This document shows positions 37,119 to 47,105 of a stretch of DNA of 64,000 nucleotides, piece by piece (position 1 is the first letter of the stretch; each line of letters starts with the position of its first letter). Source of the DNA: Alkalispirochaeta sp. (GTDB lineage: Bacteria; Spirochaetota; Spirochaetia; DSM-27196; Alkalispirochaetaceae); assembly GCA_965601925.1 (NCBI GenBank), contig OZ271854.1, positions 4,640,001 through 4,704,000 on the forward strand, in the 5' to 3' direction. Below the pieces are notes generated by a model. The model was not told the DNA's origin. It made no database searches and saw only the letters and a list, made by a program, of their open reading frames with translations. The position numbers and the translations under genes were made by a program.

Positions 37119-38146
37119 CACGCGTCGCGCGGCGGGCCGGTCGTGCGACGCAGCACCAACTCGGGCCTCAACAGAATCGACTCGACCGGTTTTCCTTCCA
37201 ACGCGCGCCGGAAAAGGTCGAAAGCGAGAACGCCGACGCGCTCCTTTGGTTGGGCGATCGTCGTGAGCGGGTAGCCGATTTGAAGCTCGGCGAGTTCGAG
37301 ATCGTCGTATCCGACTACCGAACAATCCTCCGGAACGCTCAATCCCGCCTCCAGACACGCTCGAATCGCCCCGATCGCCGCGTGGTCGGTCGGTGCGAAG
37401 ATTGCGGTCGTCTCCGGCGCACCCGAAAGGAGGTCGCCGGTGGCGCGCATCGCCCCTTCGAGCGTGAGATCACACGTTGCGCGGTAGCGTTCGAGATCCA
37501 TGCGAACTCCGGCCTCCAAGAGGGCCCGTACGTATCCTCCGTAGCGATCGTTGATCTCGGCGTACCAACTACGATTCGACGCGAGAAACGCGATACGGCG
37601 GTGGCCGAGTTCGATAAGATGACGCGTGGCCACGTAGCCGCCGTACTCATTATCCACCCCCACGAACGGCAAGCCGAGGTCGGGAACGCGCGTCATTACT
37701 TGGACAACCGGCAAACGCCCCTCTACAAACGGTCGAAAGAGCGCGTAAGCCCGCGGATCGGGTGCGCAGAGAATACCGTCGACGTTACGATTCATCAGAC
37801 GGCTCAAGGCGTGCGACTCGTCGGGGGTGTGGAGGAACGACGCGTTACCTAAGAGGAGATCGTATCCGTGGTCGGTACACGAGCGCTCTATGCCGCTGAT
37901 GATCTCGTTGAAGAAGCTGACTCGCACGTACGGGAAGAGCGCCCCCAGCAGGTACGTCTTCTTTTGTACCAGGCCGCGCGCCATGATGTTGGGTTGATAG
38001 TTCATTTCTCCGGCGACACGCCGAATGCGCCGGCGCAACTCGGCGGAGAGGCGCCCCGTATCGTTCAGCGCATATGACACGGCACGCGACGAAACACCGA
38101 CGGCTTCGGCAATGTCCTTGAGCGTTACCCGCTTCGAATGCACCAT
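37118..38146 (-). CDS. LacI family transcriptional regulator
   Basis: TLKDIAEAVGVS..AVSYALN, YQPN..ARGL, SVVGYDD, LTTIAQP. Confidence 0.94.
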   Translation of the reverse strand: MVHSKRVTLKDIAEAVGVSSRAVSYALNDTGRLSAELRRRIRRVAGEMNYQPNIMARGLVQKKTYLLGALFPYVRVSFFNEIISGIERSCTDHGYDLLLGNASFLHTPDESHALSRLMNRNVDGILCAPDPRAYALFRPFVEGRLPVVQVMTRVPDLGLPFVGVDNEYGGYVATRHLIELGHRRIAFLASNRSWYAEINDRYGGYVRALLEAGVRMDLERYRATCDLTLEGAMRATGDLLSGAPETTAIFAPTDHAAIGAIRACLEAGLSVPEDCSVVGYDDLELAELQIGYPLTTIAQPKERVGVLAFDLFRRALEGKPVESILLRPELVLRRTTGPPRDA

Positions 38147-38175
38147 TGACCTCGCTTCTCCGTTAGATCATCTGT

Positions 38176-38204
38176 ATGGTATGCCGCTCGTGTGCAGTTG
38201 TCAA
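38176..38204 (-). promoter_or_regulatory. sigma70 promoter TTGACA-17-TACCAT for lacI-oxidoreductase
   Basis: Consensus -35 with 17-bp spacing. Confidence 0.6.
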
Positions 38205-38284
38205 ACGTGGTGATCTGAAGGGCATCGCCGCAGTATCTCGTCGATAAACGGATAAAACGAGGCGTATACGTCCGTTCATTCCGT

Positions 38285-38333
38285 TTGACAACGGATTGGA
38301 CCTCCCGTACAATGATGATTCATCGTTGAATCA
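38285..38333 (+). promoter_or_regulatory. sigma70 promoter TTGACA-17-TACAAT with LacI-type operator TGATTCATCGTTGAATCA over the start site
   Basis: -35 at 38285, -10 at 38308, palindrome 38316-38333 with central CG. Confidence 0.85.
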
Positions 38334-38350
38334 AAAAAGGAGAAAAAACG

Positions 38351-39631
38351 ATGCGACGAATCATATCGACCGTTGCGATTCTGGTAGTGCTTACCGTCTC
38401 CCCGCTCTTTTCCTCGGGCTCCGGTGAGGATTCGGCGCCCGAGACCGGCGCCAACATCACATTTTGGACCATGAGTCTATCGCCCGCCTTCGACGACTAC
38501 ATTAACGGCGTCATAGCGGACTTCGAATCGACCAATCCCGGCGTCACCGTCGAGTGGGTAGATGTCCCGTGGGGCGACATGGAGACGAGGATTCTTACCG
38601 CCGCGGCGAGCGGCACCCTCCCCGACGTTGCCAATCTCAACTTACCCTTCAGTCAGCGACTTGCTGAGAACGGCGTCCTGATAAACATGGATGAAGCGGC
38701 TTCCGCCGTGCGGGACGATTACTTCGACGGGACGTGGCTCGCCAGTAGCTACAACGAGGAGGTCTTCGCCCTCCCGTGGTACATCACGACCAATATGATC
38801 TACTACAACGCCGAGCTTCTCGAGGCTGCCGGCCTTTCACCGGACGATCCGCCGTCCGACTTCGACCAGCTGCGCGAATACGCCCGCGCCATTCACGAGG
38901 CGACCGGCGCATACGGATATATGACCTTCTTCAACGATCAGTTCATCATGGAGGAGTTGGAGCGGATGGGTATTCGCCTCTTTAACGAGGATTTCACCCG
39001 CGCGCGGTTCAACGAGCCGGCGGTACACGAGGCGGTAGAATACTATCGATCGATGCTCGACGAGGGCCTCATTCCACGGGAAACCTTGATCTCCCGCAGC
39101 GGTACCGGCGAGGCGATTCAACTGTACAGCGCCGGCGAGCTCGCGATGTTCTTCGGCGGGACCTCTCACGCCAGGATGATCCGGGAGAACTCCGAGGAGG
39201 TCTACGGCGCCACGCGCGTTGCGCCGCAAATCATCGGACGCGGCGGCAAACGCAATATCGCGGTCATGAACGTCGCGGTACCGGAGTCGTCGCCGCACAC
39301 GGAGGCTGCGGTAGATTTCGCGGTGTTCATCACCAACAATGAGAATCAGGTCGAGTTTGCCCGCGCCGCCGGCGCGATCGTCCCGTCGACGAGAGGCGCG
39401 CTCGACGATCCTTTTTTCAGTGAGAGCGACGGAACGGCGGCTACCGACGCGCGCATCATGAGCGCTCGCGAGGTCGCGGAAGGTACCGTCATCTTCCCGC
39501 CTATTCAGAACTGGCCGGAGGTGCGCGATGCCTTTATCAACGCGTTCCAACGTGCGGTCGCCGGCGACGGTGAGAGCGAGGTCCTGCTCGCCGAGGCCGA
39601 AGTGCGGGCAAACGAGCTCTTGAGCCGTTGA
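38351..39631 (+). CDS. Carbohydrate ABC transporter substrate-binding protein (CUT1)
   Basis: Signal peptide ending FSSGSGED; ITFWTMSL, WVDVPW, ALPWY, YYN..LL. Confidence 0.92.
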   Translation: MRRIISTVAILVVLTVSPLFSSGSGEDSAPETGANITFWTMSLSPAFDDYINGVIADFESTNPGVTVEWVDVPWGDMETRILTAAASGTLPDVANLNLPFSQRLAENGVLINMDEAASAVRDDYFDGTWLASSYNEEVFALPWYITTNMIYYNAELLEAAGLSPDDPPSDFDQLREYARAIHEATGAYGYMTFFNDQFIMEELERMGIRLFNEDFTRARFNEPAVHEAVEYYRSMLDEGLIPRETLISRSGTGEAIQLYSAGELAMFFGGTSHARMIRENSEEVYGATRVAPQIIGRGGKRNIAVMNVAVPESSPHTEAAVDFAVFITNNENQVEFARAAGAIVPSTRGALDDPFFSESDGTAATDARIMSAREVAEGTVIFPPIQNWPEVRDAFINAFQRAVAGDGESEVLLAEAEVRANELLSR

Positions 39632-39645
39632 AGGTACCACGACGC

Positions 39646-39673
39646 GGAGTCGCCGAACGCGTTCGGCGGCTCC
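39646..39673 (+). other. Intercistronic stem-loop after the binding-protein gene
   Basis: GGAGTCGCCGAAC-GC-GTTCGGCGGCTCC inverted repeat with no U tract. Confidence 0.6.
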
Positions 39674-39716
39674 TCTCTCCGCCGACGCAGAGCGGCGCGA
39701 CGCAAAGGTAGACGGC

Positions 39717-40592
39717 GTGCGGTTGTATCGTCCTTGGACGCCCTACGTCTATCTTCTGCCGGCCGGCATCGTGCTGGGCGTTTTCTTTTTCTTCCCCCTC
39801 GCACGAGCATTCTTCTATAGCTTGCACGAGTACTCGCTGCTCTCCGATCCGGTGTGGGTGGGCCTCGCGAACTATCGACGTCTCGCGGGTGACGCAGCGT
39901 TCGGGAGCGCATTCTTCAACAGTTTTACCTACTTCTTGGTGGTAGTCCCGTGTCTCGTCGCGATTCCGCTCCTCATGGCGATCCTCGTTAACCAACCGCT
40001 ACGGGGTGTTACCGTCTTTCGCGCAATCTACTATCTACCGGTTGTTACCAGCTTCGTCGTCGCGGCGGTGATGTGGCGATGGATGTACACCGAAAACGGC
40101 GTACTCAACTACGTGCTCCTCACGGTATTTCCCTTCGTGAACCGGCCGATACAGTGGCTTACCGATGCACGCATCGCCCTCTACTCGATCATGATCGTCA
40201 CGATCTGGAAGGGTCTGGGCTACTACATGGTGATCTATCTCGCCGGCCTGCAGACGATTCCCGCGGAGTTGTATGAGGCGGCGACGATCGACGGTGCGAC
40301 GGCATTCCAAAAGCTTACGCGCATCACCGTGCCGCTGTTGGCACCGTCCATGGCGGTGGTAGCGGTGCTCTCCTCCACCGCGGCGATGAAGGTCTTCGAC
40401 GAAGTGTTCGTCATGACCGGCGGCGGTCCGTGGGGTTCGACGCGCACCGCGGTATTCGAAATCTACGACACCGCCTTTGACAAGCTGCAGTTCGGATACG
40501 CCAGTTCCATGGGCGTCGTACTGTTTGTCGTTCTCTTAGTTATGAGTTTGGCGAGCCTGCGCATATCGGAACGGCGCTACGAGGGGGCCTGA
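39717..40592 (+). CDS. Carbohydrate ABC transporter permease 1
   Basis: YLAGLQTIPAELYEAATIDGA (EAA motif). Confidence 0.93.
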   Translation: MRLYRPWTPYVYLLPAGIVLGVFFFFPLARAFFYSLHEYSLLSDPVWVGLANYRRLAGDAAFGSAFFNSFTYFLVVVPCLVAIPLLMAILVNQPLRGVTVFRAIYYLPVVTSFVVAAVMWRWMYTENGVLNYVLLTVFPFVNRPIQWLTDARIALYSIMIVTIWKGLGYYMVIYLAGLQTIPAELYEAATIDGATAFQKLTRITVPLLAPSMAVVAVLSSTAAMKVFDEVFVMTGGGPWGSTRTAVFEIYDTAFDKLQFGYASSMGVVLFVVLLVMSLASLRISERRYEGA

Positions 40593-40598
40593 GACACC

Positions 40599-41432
40599 AT
40601 GCAAACGAGGCGGACGCCCTTCCGAACGGTCACGCTCTACGTGCTGCTGGCGGCGGTGACGGCGGTTTCGATTACTCCCTTCCTGTGGCTCGTCTCTACT
40701 GCGTTCAAATCGCCGGGAGAGAACATCTTCGCCTTCCCTCCCCGCTTTATCCCTGCGGAGCCGACATTTACCAATTTTGCGGCGGTATTTAGGACGATTC
40801 CGCTCGTTCTTTACTTCCGCAACTCGATTGTCGTTGTGGCCGCGACGGTGACGCTCCAGGTGCTCCTATCGGTGACCGCCGCATTCCCGCTCTCGCGCAT
40901 GCGCTTCCCCGGGAAACGGGTGATATTTGTGGCTACCCTGTCGACGCTCATGATTCCCGTCCAACTTACGATGATTCCCAACTTCATCTTCGTCGTTGAT
41001 GTGGGGCTGAAAAACAACCTGTGGGGCGTAATTCTACCCAATGCGGTTACGGCGTTCGGCATATTCCTCGTTCGCCAGGCGATGGTGACCGTGCCGCGCT
41101 CGATGGAGGAGGCGGCACTCATCGACGGGGCGGGTTCCTTGAGGGTTCTCTTCCATATTCTTCTCCCGATGGTGAAACCGGCGATCGCGGCGTTGGCGAT
41201 CTTCACATTCGTAAACATGTGGGGCGACTTTCTCTGGCCGCTGTTGGTTCTCGACGATCCCGACCTGCTCACCGTGCCGTTGGGCGTGCAGAGACTCCAG
41301 GGAACGTTCACCAACGACTGGCGGCTGGTCGCCTCGGGAGCGGTCTTGGCGATGATTCCCGTCATCGCCTTCTTTCTCGCCAATCAACGCCATTTCATCG
41401 AGGGGGCGATATCCAGTGGCGTTAAGGGTTGA
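40599..41432 (+). CDS. Carbohydrate ABC transporter permease 2
   Basis: EEAALIDGA, WGDFLWPL, C-terminal GVKG. Confidence 0.93.
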   Translation: MQTRRTPFRTVTLYVLLAAVTAVSITPFLWLVSTAFKSPGENIFAFPPRFIPAEPTFTNFAAVFRTIPLVLYFRNSIVVVAATVTLQVLLSVTAAFPLSRMRFPGKRVIFVATLSTLMIPVQLTMIPNFIFVVDVGLKNNLWGVILPNAVTAFGIFLVRQAMVTVPRSMEEAALIDGAGSLRVLFHILLPMVKPAIAALAIFTFVNMWGDFLWPLLVLDDPDLLTVPLGVQRLQGTFTNDWRLVASGAVLAMIPVIAFFLANQRHFIEGAISSGVKG

Positions 41433-41483
41433 TCACGCCGTCGTCCGAGGAGCCGTACCGCCGCAACGCACGGAGATCGCGGA

Positions 41484-43043
41484 ATGAGAATCCTCTATCT
41501 CCCGCTGGACGAGCGTCCGTGTAACTACCGATTCCCGGAGCTACAACTTCCCCGCGACGCGGGCATCACATTGATTCGTCCACCGAAAGCGCTCTTGGGA
41601 GAAAAAAAGAGACCCGCTGCCGTAGACGAGATTCACACGTGGCTTGACGAAGAGCTCCCGCAAGCCGACCGTGCGATCCTCTCGATCGAGATGGTGCTGT
41701 ACGGAGGGCTGTTGCCGTCGCGGATCCACACTCTCACGGAGGCGGAGTTGGAGCGTCGACTCTCCCGTTTCGAGGGTATCCTCGCCGGGGCGCGGCAGTG
41801 CGGAACCGTCGTTGCGGCATTTGGAATGATCATGCGCACCCCCGCCTACTCCTCAAGCGAGGAAGAGCCGGACTACTACGCCGAACACGGCGCCGAGTTG
41901 TTTACGCGCGGCTATCTGAACGACAAACGAACGGCGGTGGAACTCTCCGACGACGAGACAACGCGTTTGGCGGCGGCGTTGAGCGCGCTACCGAAGTGGG
42001 TCGTCGACGACTACGATCGCCGCCGAGCTCGCAACCTCTTCGCGCTCGGCCGAGTCGTTGCCTATCTGGAGGAGGGGCTGATCGCGCGCCTCGTTCTACC
42101 GGAAGACGACACGGCGTCCTACGGATACGGTCCGCAGGAGAAACGAGCATTGCTCGACTCGGTTCGGCGGCGCAACCTTAAATCGCGCGTTCTGAGTTAT
42201 CCCGGCGCCGACGAGGTCGGGCTGACGATGGTCGCCGCGGCGGCGCTCCGTTCCGAGGGCGGCGCTCCGCGAATACATCCCCTCTTCGTCGATGAGCGAG
42301 CACGCCTTATCGTTCCCAAGTACGAGAGCCGGCCGATCGGTGAGAGCGTTCTGGCCCAGATTCGCGCCGTCGGCGGCGAGCCCGTCGAACGGGCCGACCA
42401 TGCCGATATCGTGACGGCGATCTATACGTCCGCGCCGCCGATGACCGACGCTTGGTTCCAAGAGGAGGTCGACCACGAAGAGCGCGAGGCGCTGTTCCTG
42501 GATCGCGTGCTTTCGTCGACCGGCACTGCGGCACCTTCTCTCGTCGTCGCGGACTGCGCGTACGCCAACGGCGGCAGCACGCGTCTCGTTCACGAGCTCG
42601 AAGGGCGGAATGCGTGGACGGCAGTCGCGGCCTACGCGGGATGGAACACGTGCGGCAACACGGTCGGCACGGCGCTTGCCGCAGGCGTTCTCCACTGGCG
42701 GTACCGCGACGAGGAACGACGCCTCGCCAACCTCGTATACCGAATTACCGACGACTGGATCTACCAGAGTGTCGTGCGCCGCGAGCTCTCGGAGAGCACC
42801 GTACAGCAGTCGACGTTCGCGCCGAACGCCCGGACGGCCGCCGACGCGCAGGCGCGCATCGCCGCGGTATGGACCGCTGCGTTCGGAGCCGGCACGCTTC
42901 CGACCGATCCGGGACTCTCGGGGCTACGGTTTCCGTGGAATCGGCTGTTCGAAGTCGACTTGGATATTCATCTCGGCGACTCGACGCCGCAACGGGCCGG
43001 AGTCGCCTCTTTGAATAGAGCGGACAATTTCCGTACACTGTAA
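41484..43043 (+). CDS. DUF4127 family protein
   Basis: LYLPLDERPCNY, LYGGLLPSR, YPGADE, YAGWNT..N..G, DDW.YQ..VR, FPWNRLFE. Confidence 0.82.
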   Translation: MRILYLPLDERPCNYRFPELQLPRDAGITLIRPPKALLGEKKRPAAVDEIHTWLDEELPQADRAILSIEMVLYGGLLPSRIHTLTEAELERRLSRFEGILAGARQCGTVVAAFGMIMRTPAYSSSEEEPDYYAEHGAELFTRGYLNDKRTAVELSDDETTRLAAALSALPKWVVDDYDRRRARNLFALGRVVAYLEEGLIARLVLPEDDTASYGYGPQEKRALLDSVRRRNLKSRVLSYPGADEVGLTMVAAAALRSEGGAPRIHPLFVDERARLIVPKYESRPIGESVLAQIRAVGGEPVERADHADIVTAIYTSAPPMTDAWFQEEVDHEEREALFLDRVLSSTGTAAPSLVVADCAYANGGSTRLVHELEGRNAWTAVAAYAGWNTCGNTVGTALAAGVLHWRYRDEERRLANLVYRITDDWIYQSVVRRELSESTVQQSTFAPNARTAADAQARIAAVWTAAFGAGTLPTDPGLSGLRFPWNRLFEVDLDIHLGDSTPQRAGVASLNRADNFRTL

Positions 43044-43047
43044 AGGT

Positions 43048-44187
43048 ATGCTACCCGTTTCCGGCGTTCACGCGGGGCGCGTGTTTCTTTTGATCGTTGC
43101 TACGGCGGCGCTGTTGTCCTGCGCCGATGAAGAGGCGTATCGCATCGGGTTCTCTTCCACGCTCTCGGGATCCGAATCGAGCTTCGGTATAGACATTCGC
43201 GACGGAGCTTTGCTTGCCGTAGAGGATCACAACGCGCGCGCCGACGGAGTGCCGCTCGAGTTGATCATTCGGGACGATCGCGGCGACCCCGAGACCGCAC
43301 TGCAAAACAACCGCGAGTTTGCCGACATGGGACTCGAGGTGGTGATAGGGCACGCCACCAGCTCTCTCGCGACCGCCGTCCTACCGTTTCTCGAGAGCCG
43401 CGACATGGTATTCGTCGGCGCGTCGATCTCTTCGCCGATCTTCACGGGGCTGGACGATGCTCTGTTTCGAGTGGTCACGACCTCGCAGGTAGAGACGGCG
43501 ATCCTCGCCCGCCATCTCATTAAGAATCGAGGTCCGCAGACAATCGCGGCCATCTATGACGGGTCTAACCTCGCGTACGCGCGACCCTTTTATGAAGACT
43601 TCAAACGGGAGTACGAGGGAATGGGAGGTCGCGTAGCCGACCCGGTCGTCCATACCTCCGACAGTGAGCATTACGCAGAGCTCGTCCGAAGAGCGGTTGA
43701 CAGCGCTTCGGACATACGGGGAATTTTGTTAATAACCGACCCGATTCACTCCGCAGCGCTGAGCCAAATCTATCGCCAAGCCGTCCCGGACGGGCAGATC
43801 GTCTCCAGCCGTTGGGCGAATAACCCCGATCTCATTTCGTATGGTGGACACGCCGTCGATGGGATACTGTTTGCGGATATGTACGACTTTCGCGACCAAT
43901 CGGAAAGTCACCATACGTTCATTGAGCGCTATCGTGCCCGTTTCGGAAGCACACCGTCGTTCGTCGCAATGCTTTCGTACGAGACGGTGCTCTATATAAA
44001 TGCCGCCCTGGACCACCGGGAGGCCGACGAGTCGCTTCGATCGGCCCTCGCTCGAGTCCGTTCGATAGAAGGAATACAGAGAATCGTCAGATTCGATCGA
44101 TACGGCGACGCGATTAGACCGAGCTACGTTACGACCGTCATCGACGGCTCGTTTACCACGTTGGGTTGGGGCGTCTCGTCGCAATGA
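43048..44187 (+). CDS. Branched-chain amino-acid-type (LivJ-like) substrate-binding lipoprotein
   Basis: Lipobox LLSC; IGFSSTLSG, RDGALLAVEDHN, IIRDD.G, VIGH..S, FD.YGD. Confidence 0.85.
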   Translation: MLPVSGVHAGRVFLLIVATAALLSCADEEAYRIGFSSTLSGSESSFGIDIRDGALLAVEDHNARADGVPLELIIRDDRGDPETALQNNREFADMGLEVVIGHATSSLATAVLPFLESRDMVFVGASISSPIFTGLDDALFRVVTTSQVETAILARHLIKNRGPQTIAAIYDGSNLAYARPFYEDFKREYEGMGGRVADPVVHTSDSEHYAELVRRAVDSASDIRGILLITDPIHSAALSQIYRQAVPDGQIVSSRWANNPDLISYGGHAVDGILFADMYDFRDQSESHHTFIERYRARFGSTPSFVAMLSYETVLYINAALDHREADESLRSALARVRSIEGIQRIVRFDRYGDAIRPSYVTTVIDGSFTTLGWGVSSQ

Positions 44188-46691
44188 GAAGACGAAAACC
44201 TATGCCGCTCCAGCGATACTTTGTCGGACGAACGGCGTTGGTCGCAGTGGCGCCGTTCGCCGTCGTCTTTCTGGGGGCCACTCTGATCGTCGCCGATATC
44301 ATCTCCCGTGAGGCGATCGATCGTCACGCTTTTCTCGCCGAGATGCTCGCCGCCGAGACCAGAGCTCACTTCGACGCCGCCGCGGGCGTCATTGAGACCA
44401 TGGCTGCACACGTCACCGCCGGACTGATCGACCGGTCCGACGGCGAGGATTTTTTTCGTCGCTACGGGGAGGGAGTCATCGCGAGTAATCCGGTCTTCTC
44501 CGGCTTATGGCTCATCGACGGTGAAAGCGGTACGGTGGTCTCGACCGTGCCGGCCTCGATCGACGCGATAGGTCACGACTTTTCGCGAGCTCCGGTGTTC
44601 ATGAACGCACGACGGGACGGCGTCACGTGGTCGAATATCGGCCTCAACCCCTTTTTCCACGGCGTGGTCATCTCGGTTTCCATAGTGGTCGACGATCTGG
44701 TCGTCGCCGGCTGGTTCGAGCCGAGTACGCTATTGGGCATCGTGCGCTCCTTGGAGTGGGGCGAGGGTGTGTTCGCCTTCGTCTGCGACTCCGAGGGGCG
44801 CCCGTTGATACACCCCGACCCGGAACGAGTCGCACAGCGCGACAGCTTCCTCGCTATCGAGGCGGTCGCGGTTGCCCGCAGCGGCATGCCCCACGTGTCC
44901 ACCGTCGAGGACGGTCCCGGCGAGACGGTCTACGCCGCCCATCCGGTGGGAACGGCGGGATGGATCGTCGGCGTTGCACAGTCCAGCCGCGACCTGTTCC
45001 ATTTCATGCCGTGGTTGCTGACCGCCGGATTCTCGTCGTTCTTCGTTGCGGCGCTCCTCATTCTCTTCGGAGCGACCCACGCATCGAACAAAGTGCGTAT
45101 TCAACTCGATGCGCTCACCGTGGGCACCGAGGCGATCGCGGCCGGCCGCTACGACACGGTCCTGGAGGCGCAACGGTTCTCGCAGTTGGAATCGCTCCGC
45201 GCTTCAATCGCCGCAATGCAGCGCGCCGTTCGCGAACGAGAGCGTCAACTTGAGGAGACGAACATCCTCATGCGCCTCGTCATCGATACCACCCCCCTAC
45301 GTATCTATTGGAAGGATCGAGCGCTACGCTACCTGGGCGGCAATCGAGTCTTTGCCGAGGATGCGGGCCTTCTGAACGTCGACGACATCGACGGATTAAC
45401 CGATTTCGACATGCCGTGGTGTGAGCACGCGGACCGCTATCAACACCACGATCGATCCGTCATGGAGTCCGGGAAACCGGAGATCGATTTCGAAGAGCGA
45501 AAAGACGGTGTAGACGGTACGACGGTCTGGTTCAACTCGAGCAAGGTTCCGTTGCGGAACGCCGACGGTGAGATCGTCGGCATCCTCGGGATCTATCAGG
45601 ATGTGACGCTTCGCCGGAGCATCGAGCAACAACTACGAGAGCTCAACCGAGATCTGGAACGAAGGGTCGAGGAGCGGACCGCGGAGCTGCAACGCACCCT
45701 GCACAATCTCTCGGAAGCGCAAGCGCAAATCGTGTACTCGGAGAAACTCTCGGTGCTCGGACGCCTCTCGGCCGGAATCGCTCATGAGTTGAACACACCC
45801 CTCGGCGCGATCGTCTCTTCGATAGGGACGCTCGTCGAATTCTTCGACTCGCAGTTCAAGAACATACAGGAGTGCCTGGAGCATCTCCTCCCCGACGAGC
45901 GCCGGCGATTCTTCGCGTTATACAACTTAGCGGCACGCAAAGCCGGATACATCGATTCCGGAGTCGGTCGCAAAGCGCGCAAAGCGCTCACTCGCCATCT
46001 GGAGAACATCGGGACCGCCAACGCGCCGGCCGTCGCCGACGGCCTCGCCGAACTGCATCTGGTCGATCTTCCCATGGAGCACCCGGATCTGTTGCAGGAC
46101 GAGGGTATCGAGGAGAGCCTGGCGCTGGTCAATGCGATAGTCGTCCCGTATCGTATGGTCAGTATCATCGCCGAGGCGGCAAAACGCTCGACCGAAGTCG
46201 TGGGAGCGCTCCGGAGTTATCTCAGACAGGAGCCTGCGGGAGAGACGAGACCCGTCAACATCGAGGAGGATATCGACTCGGTTCTAACGCTCCTCCACAA
46301 CAAGTTCAAGCGGGGAGTACGCGTCGTTCGACATTACGGAGGTGCGTGGGTCGAAGGTGTCTCATCGGAGCTCAGCCTCGTGTGGATCAACCTCATTACC
46401 AACGGCGCGCAGGCGATGAAGTACTACGGAACGCTTACCATACGCACCGACACCGAAAACGGCTGGGTCACAGTACGCGTGACCGATACCGGCTCCGGTA
46501 TCCCCGACGAGATTCGGGACAAAATCTTCGAACCGTTTTTCACGACACGGTCTCACGGGGTGGGGATGGGTATCGGACTTGACATCTGTCGTAGGACGGT
46601 GGAAAAATATAGAGGTTCGATAAAATTTGAGAGTGTTTCCGGCAAGACGACGTTCACAGTTCAACTGCCGAGTCTCGTTCCGCAAGAGTAA
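44184..46691 (+). CDS. Sensor histidine kinase (TM-Cache-TM-HAMP-PAS-HisKA-HATPase)
   Basis: PAS IYWKD...YLGGN; H-box GIAHELNTPLGAI; N-box VWINLITN; DTGSGIP, FEPFFTT, GMGIGL. Confidence 0.92.
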   Translation: MRRRKPMPLQRYFVGRTALVAVAPFAVVFLGATLIVADIISREAIDRHAFLAEMLAAETRAHFDAAAGVIETMAAHVTAGLIDRSDGEDFFRRYGEGVIASNPVFSGLWLIDGESGTVVSTVPASIDAIGHDFSRAPVFMNARRDGVTWSNIGLNPFFHGVVISVSIVVDDLVVAGWFEPSTLLGIVRSLEWGEGVFAFVCDSEGRPLIHPDPERVAQRDSFLAIEAVAVARSGMPHVSTVEDGPGETVYAAHPVGTAGWIVGVAQSSRDLFHFMPWLLTAGFSSFFVAALLILFGATHASNKVRIQLDALTVGTEAIAAGRYDTVLEAQRFSQLESLRASIAAMQRAVRERERQLEETNILMRLVIDTTPLRIYWKDRALRYLGGNRVFAEDAGLLNVDDIDGLTDFDMPWCEHADRYQHHDRSVMESGKPEIDFEERKDGVDGTTVWFNSSKVPLRNADGEIVGILGIYQDVTLRRSIEQQLRELNRDLERRVEERTAELQRTLHNLSEAQAQIVYSEKLSVLGRLSAGIAHELNTPLGAIVSSIGTLVEFFDSQFKNIQECLEHLLPDERRRFFALYNLAARKAGYIDSGVGRKARKALTRHLENIGTANAPAVADGLAELHLVDLPMEHPDLLQDEGIEESLALVNAIVVPYRMVSIIAEAAKRSTEVVGALRSYLRQEPAGETRPVNIEEDIDSVLTLLHNKFKRGVRVVRHYGGAWVEGVSSELSLVWINLITNGAQAMKYYGTLTIRTDTENGWVTVRVTDTGSGIPDEIRDKIFEPFFTTRSHGVGMGIGLDICRRTVEKYRGSIKFESVSGKTTFTVQLPSLVPQE

Positions 46692-46696
46692 CCGTA

Positions 46697-47089
46697 ATGT
46701 CAAAACGGGCAATCGTATGTGTCGACGACGAAGCGATTATCCTTCTCTCGCTGAAACAGGAACTGAAAACCACCTTCGGTGATTCTTTTCTGTACGAGAC
46801 GGCTACGAGCGGTTTCGAGGCGCTGGACATCGTAGAATCGTTGCAGGAAGACGGCATTGAAGCGGTCTTGATCATCTCCGACTGGCTCATGCCGGGACTC
46901 AACGGCGATGAGTTTTTGCAGCTGGTATCGTCTCGGTACGACAAAGTCGCCGCCATCATGATAACGGGCCACGCCGATGAGACGGCGATCCGCAAGTTGG
47001 AGGCGGACCCCTCGGTGCTTGCGGTGCTTAGAAAGCCGTGGAATCCGAAGACTCTACGGAGTATCGTCGCCAGCTATTCCGGCACCTGA
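46697..47089 (+). CDS. Single-domain response regulator
   Basis: CVDDE, ISDWLMP, ITG, KPW. Confidence 0.92.
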   Translation: MSKRAIVCVDDEAIILLSLKQELKTTFGDSFLYETATSGFEALDIVESLQEDGIEAVLIISDWLMPGLNGDEFLQLVSSRYDKVAAIMITGHADETAIRKLEADPSVLAVLRKPWNPKTLRSIVASYSGT

Positions 47090-47105
47090 GACCTCGATGC
47101 CGCCG

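Noticed and set aside
35340..37358. N-terminal extension of the FAD oxidoreductase to 37358
   Set aside because: It overlaps lacI; the Rossmann motif begins just after ATG 37118.
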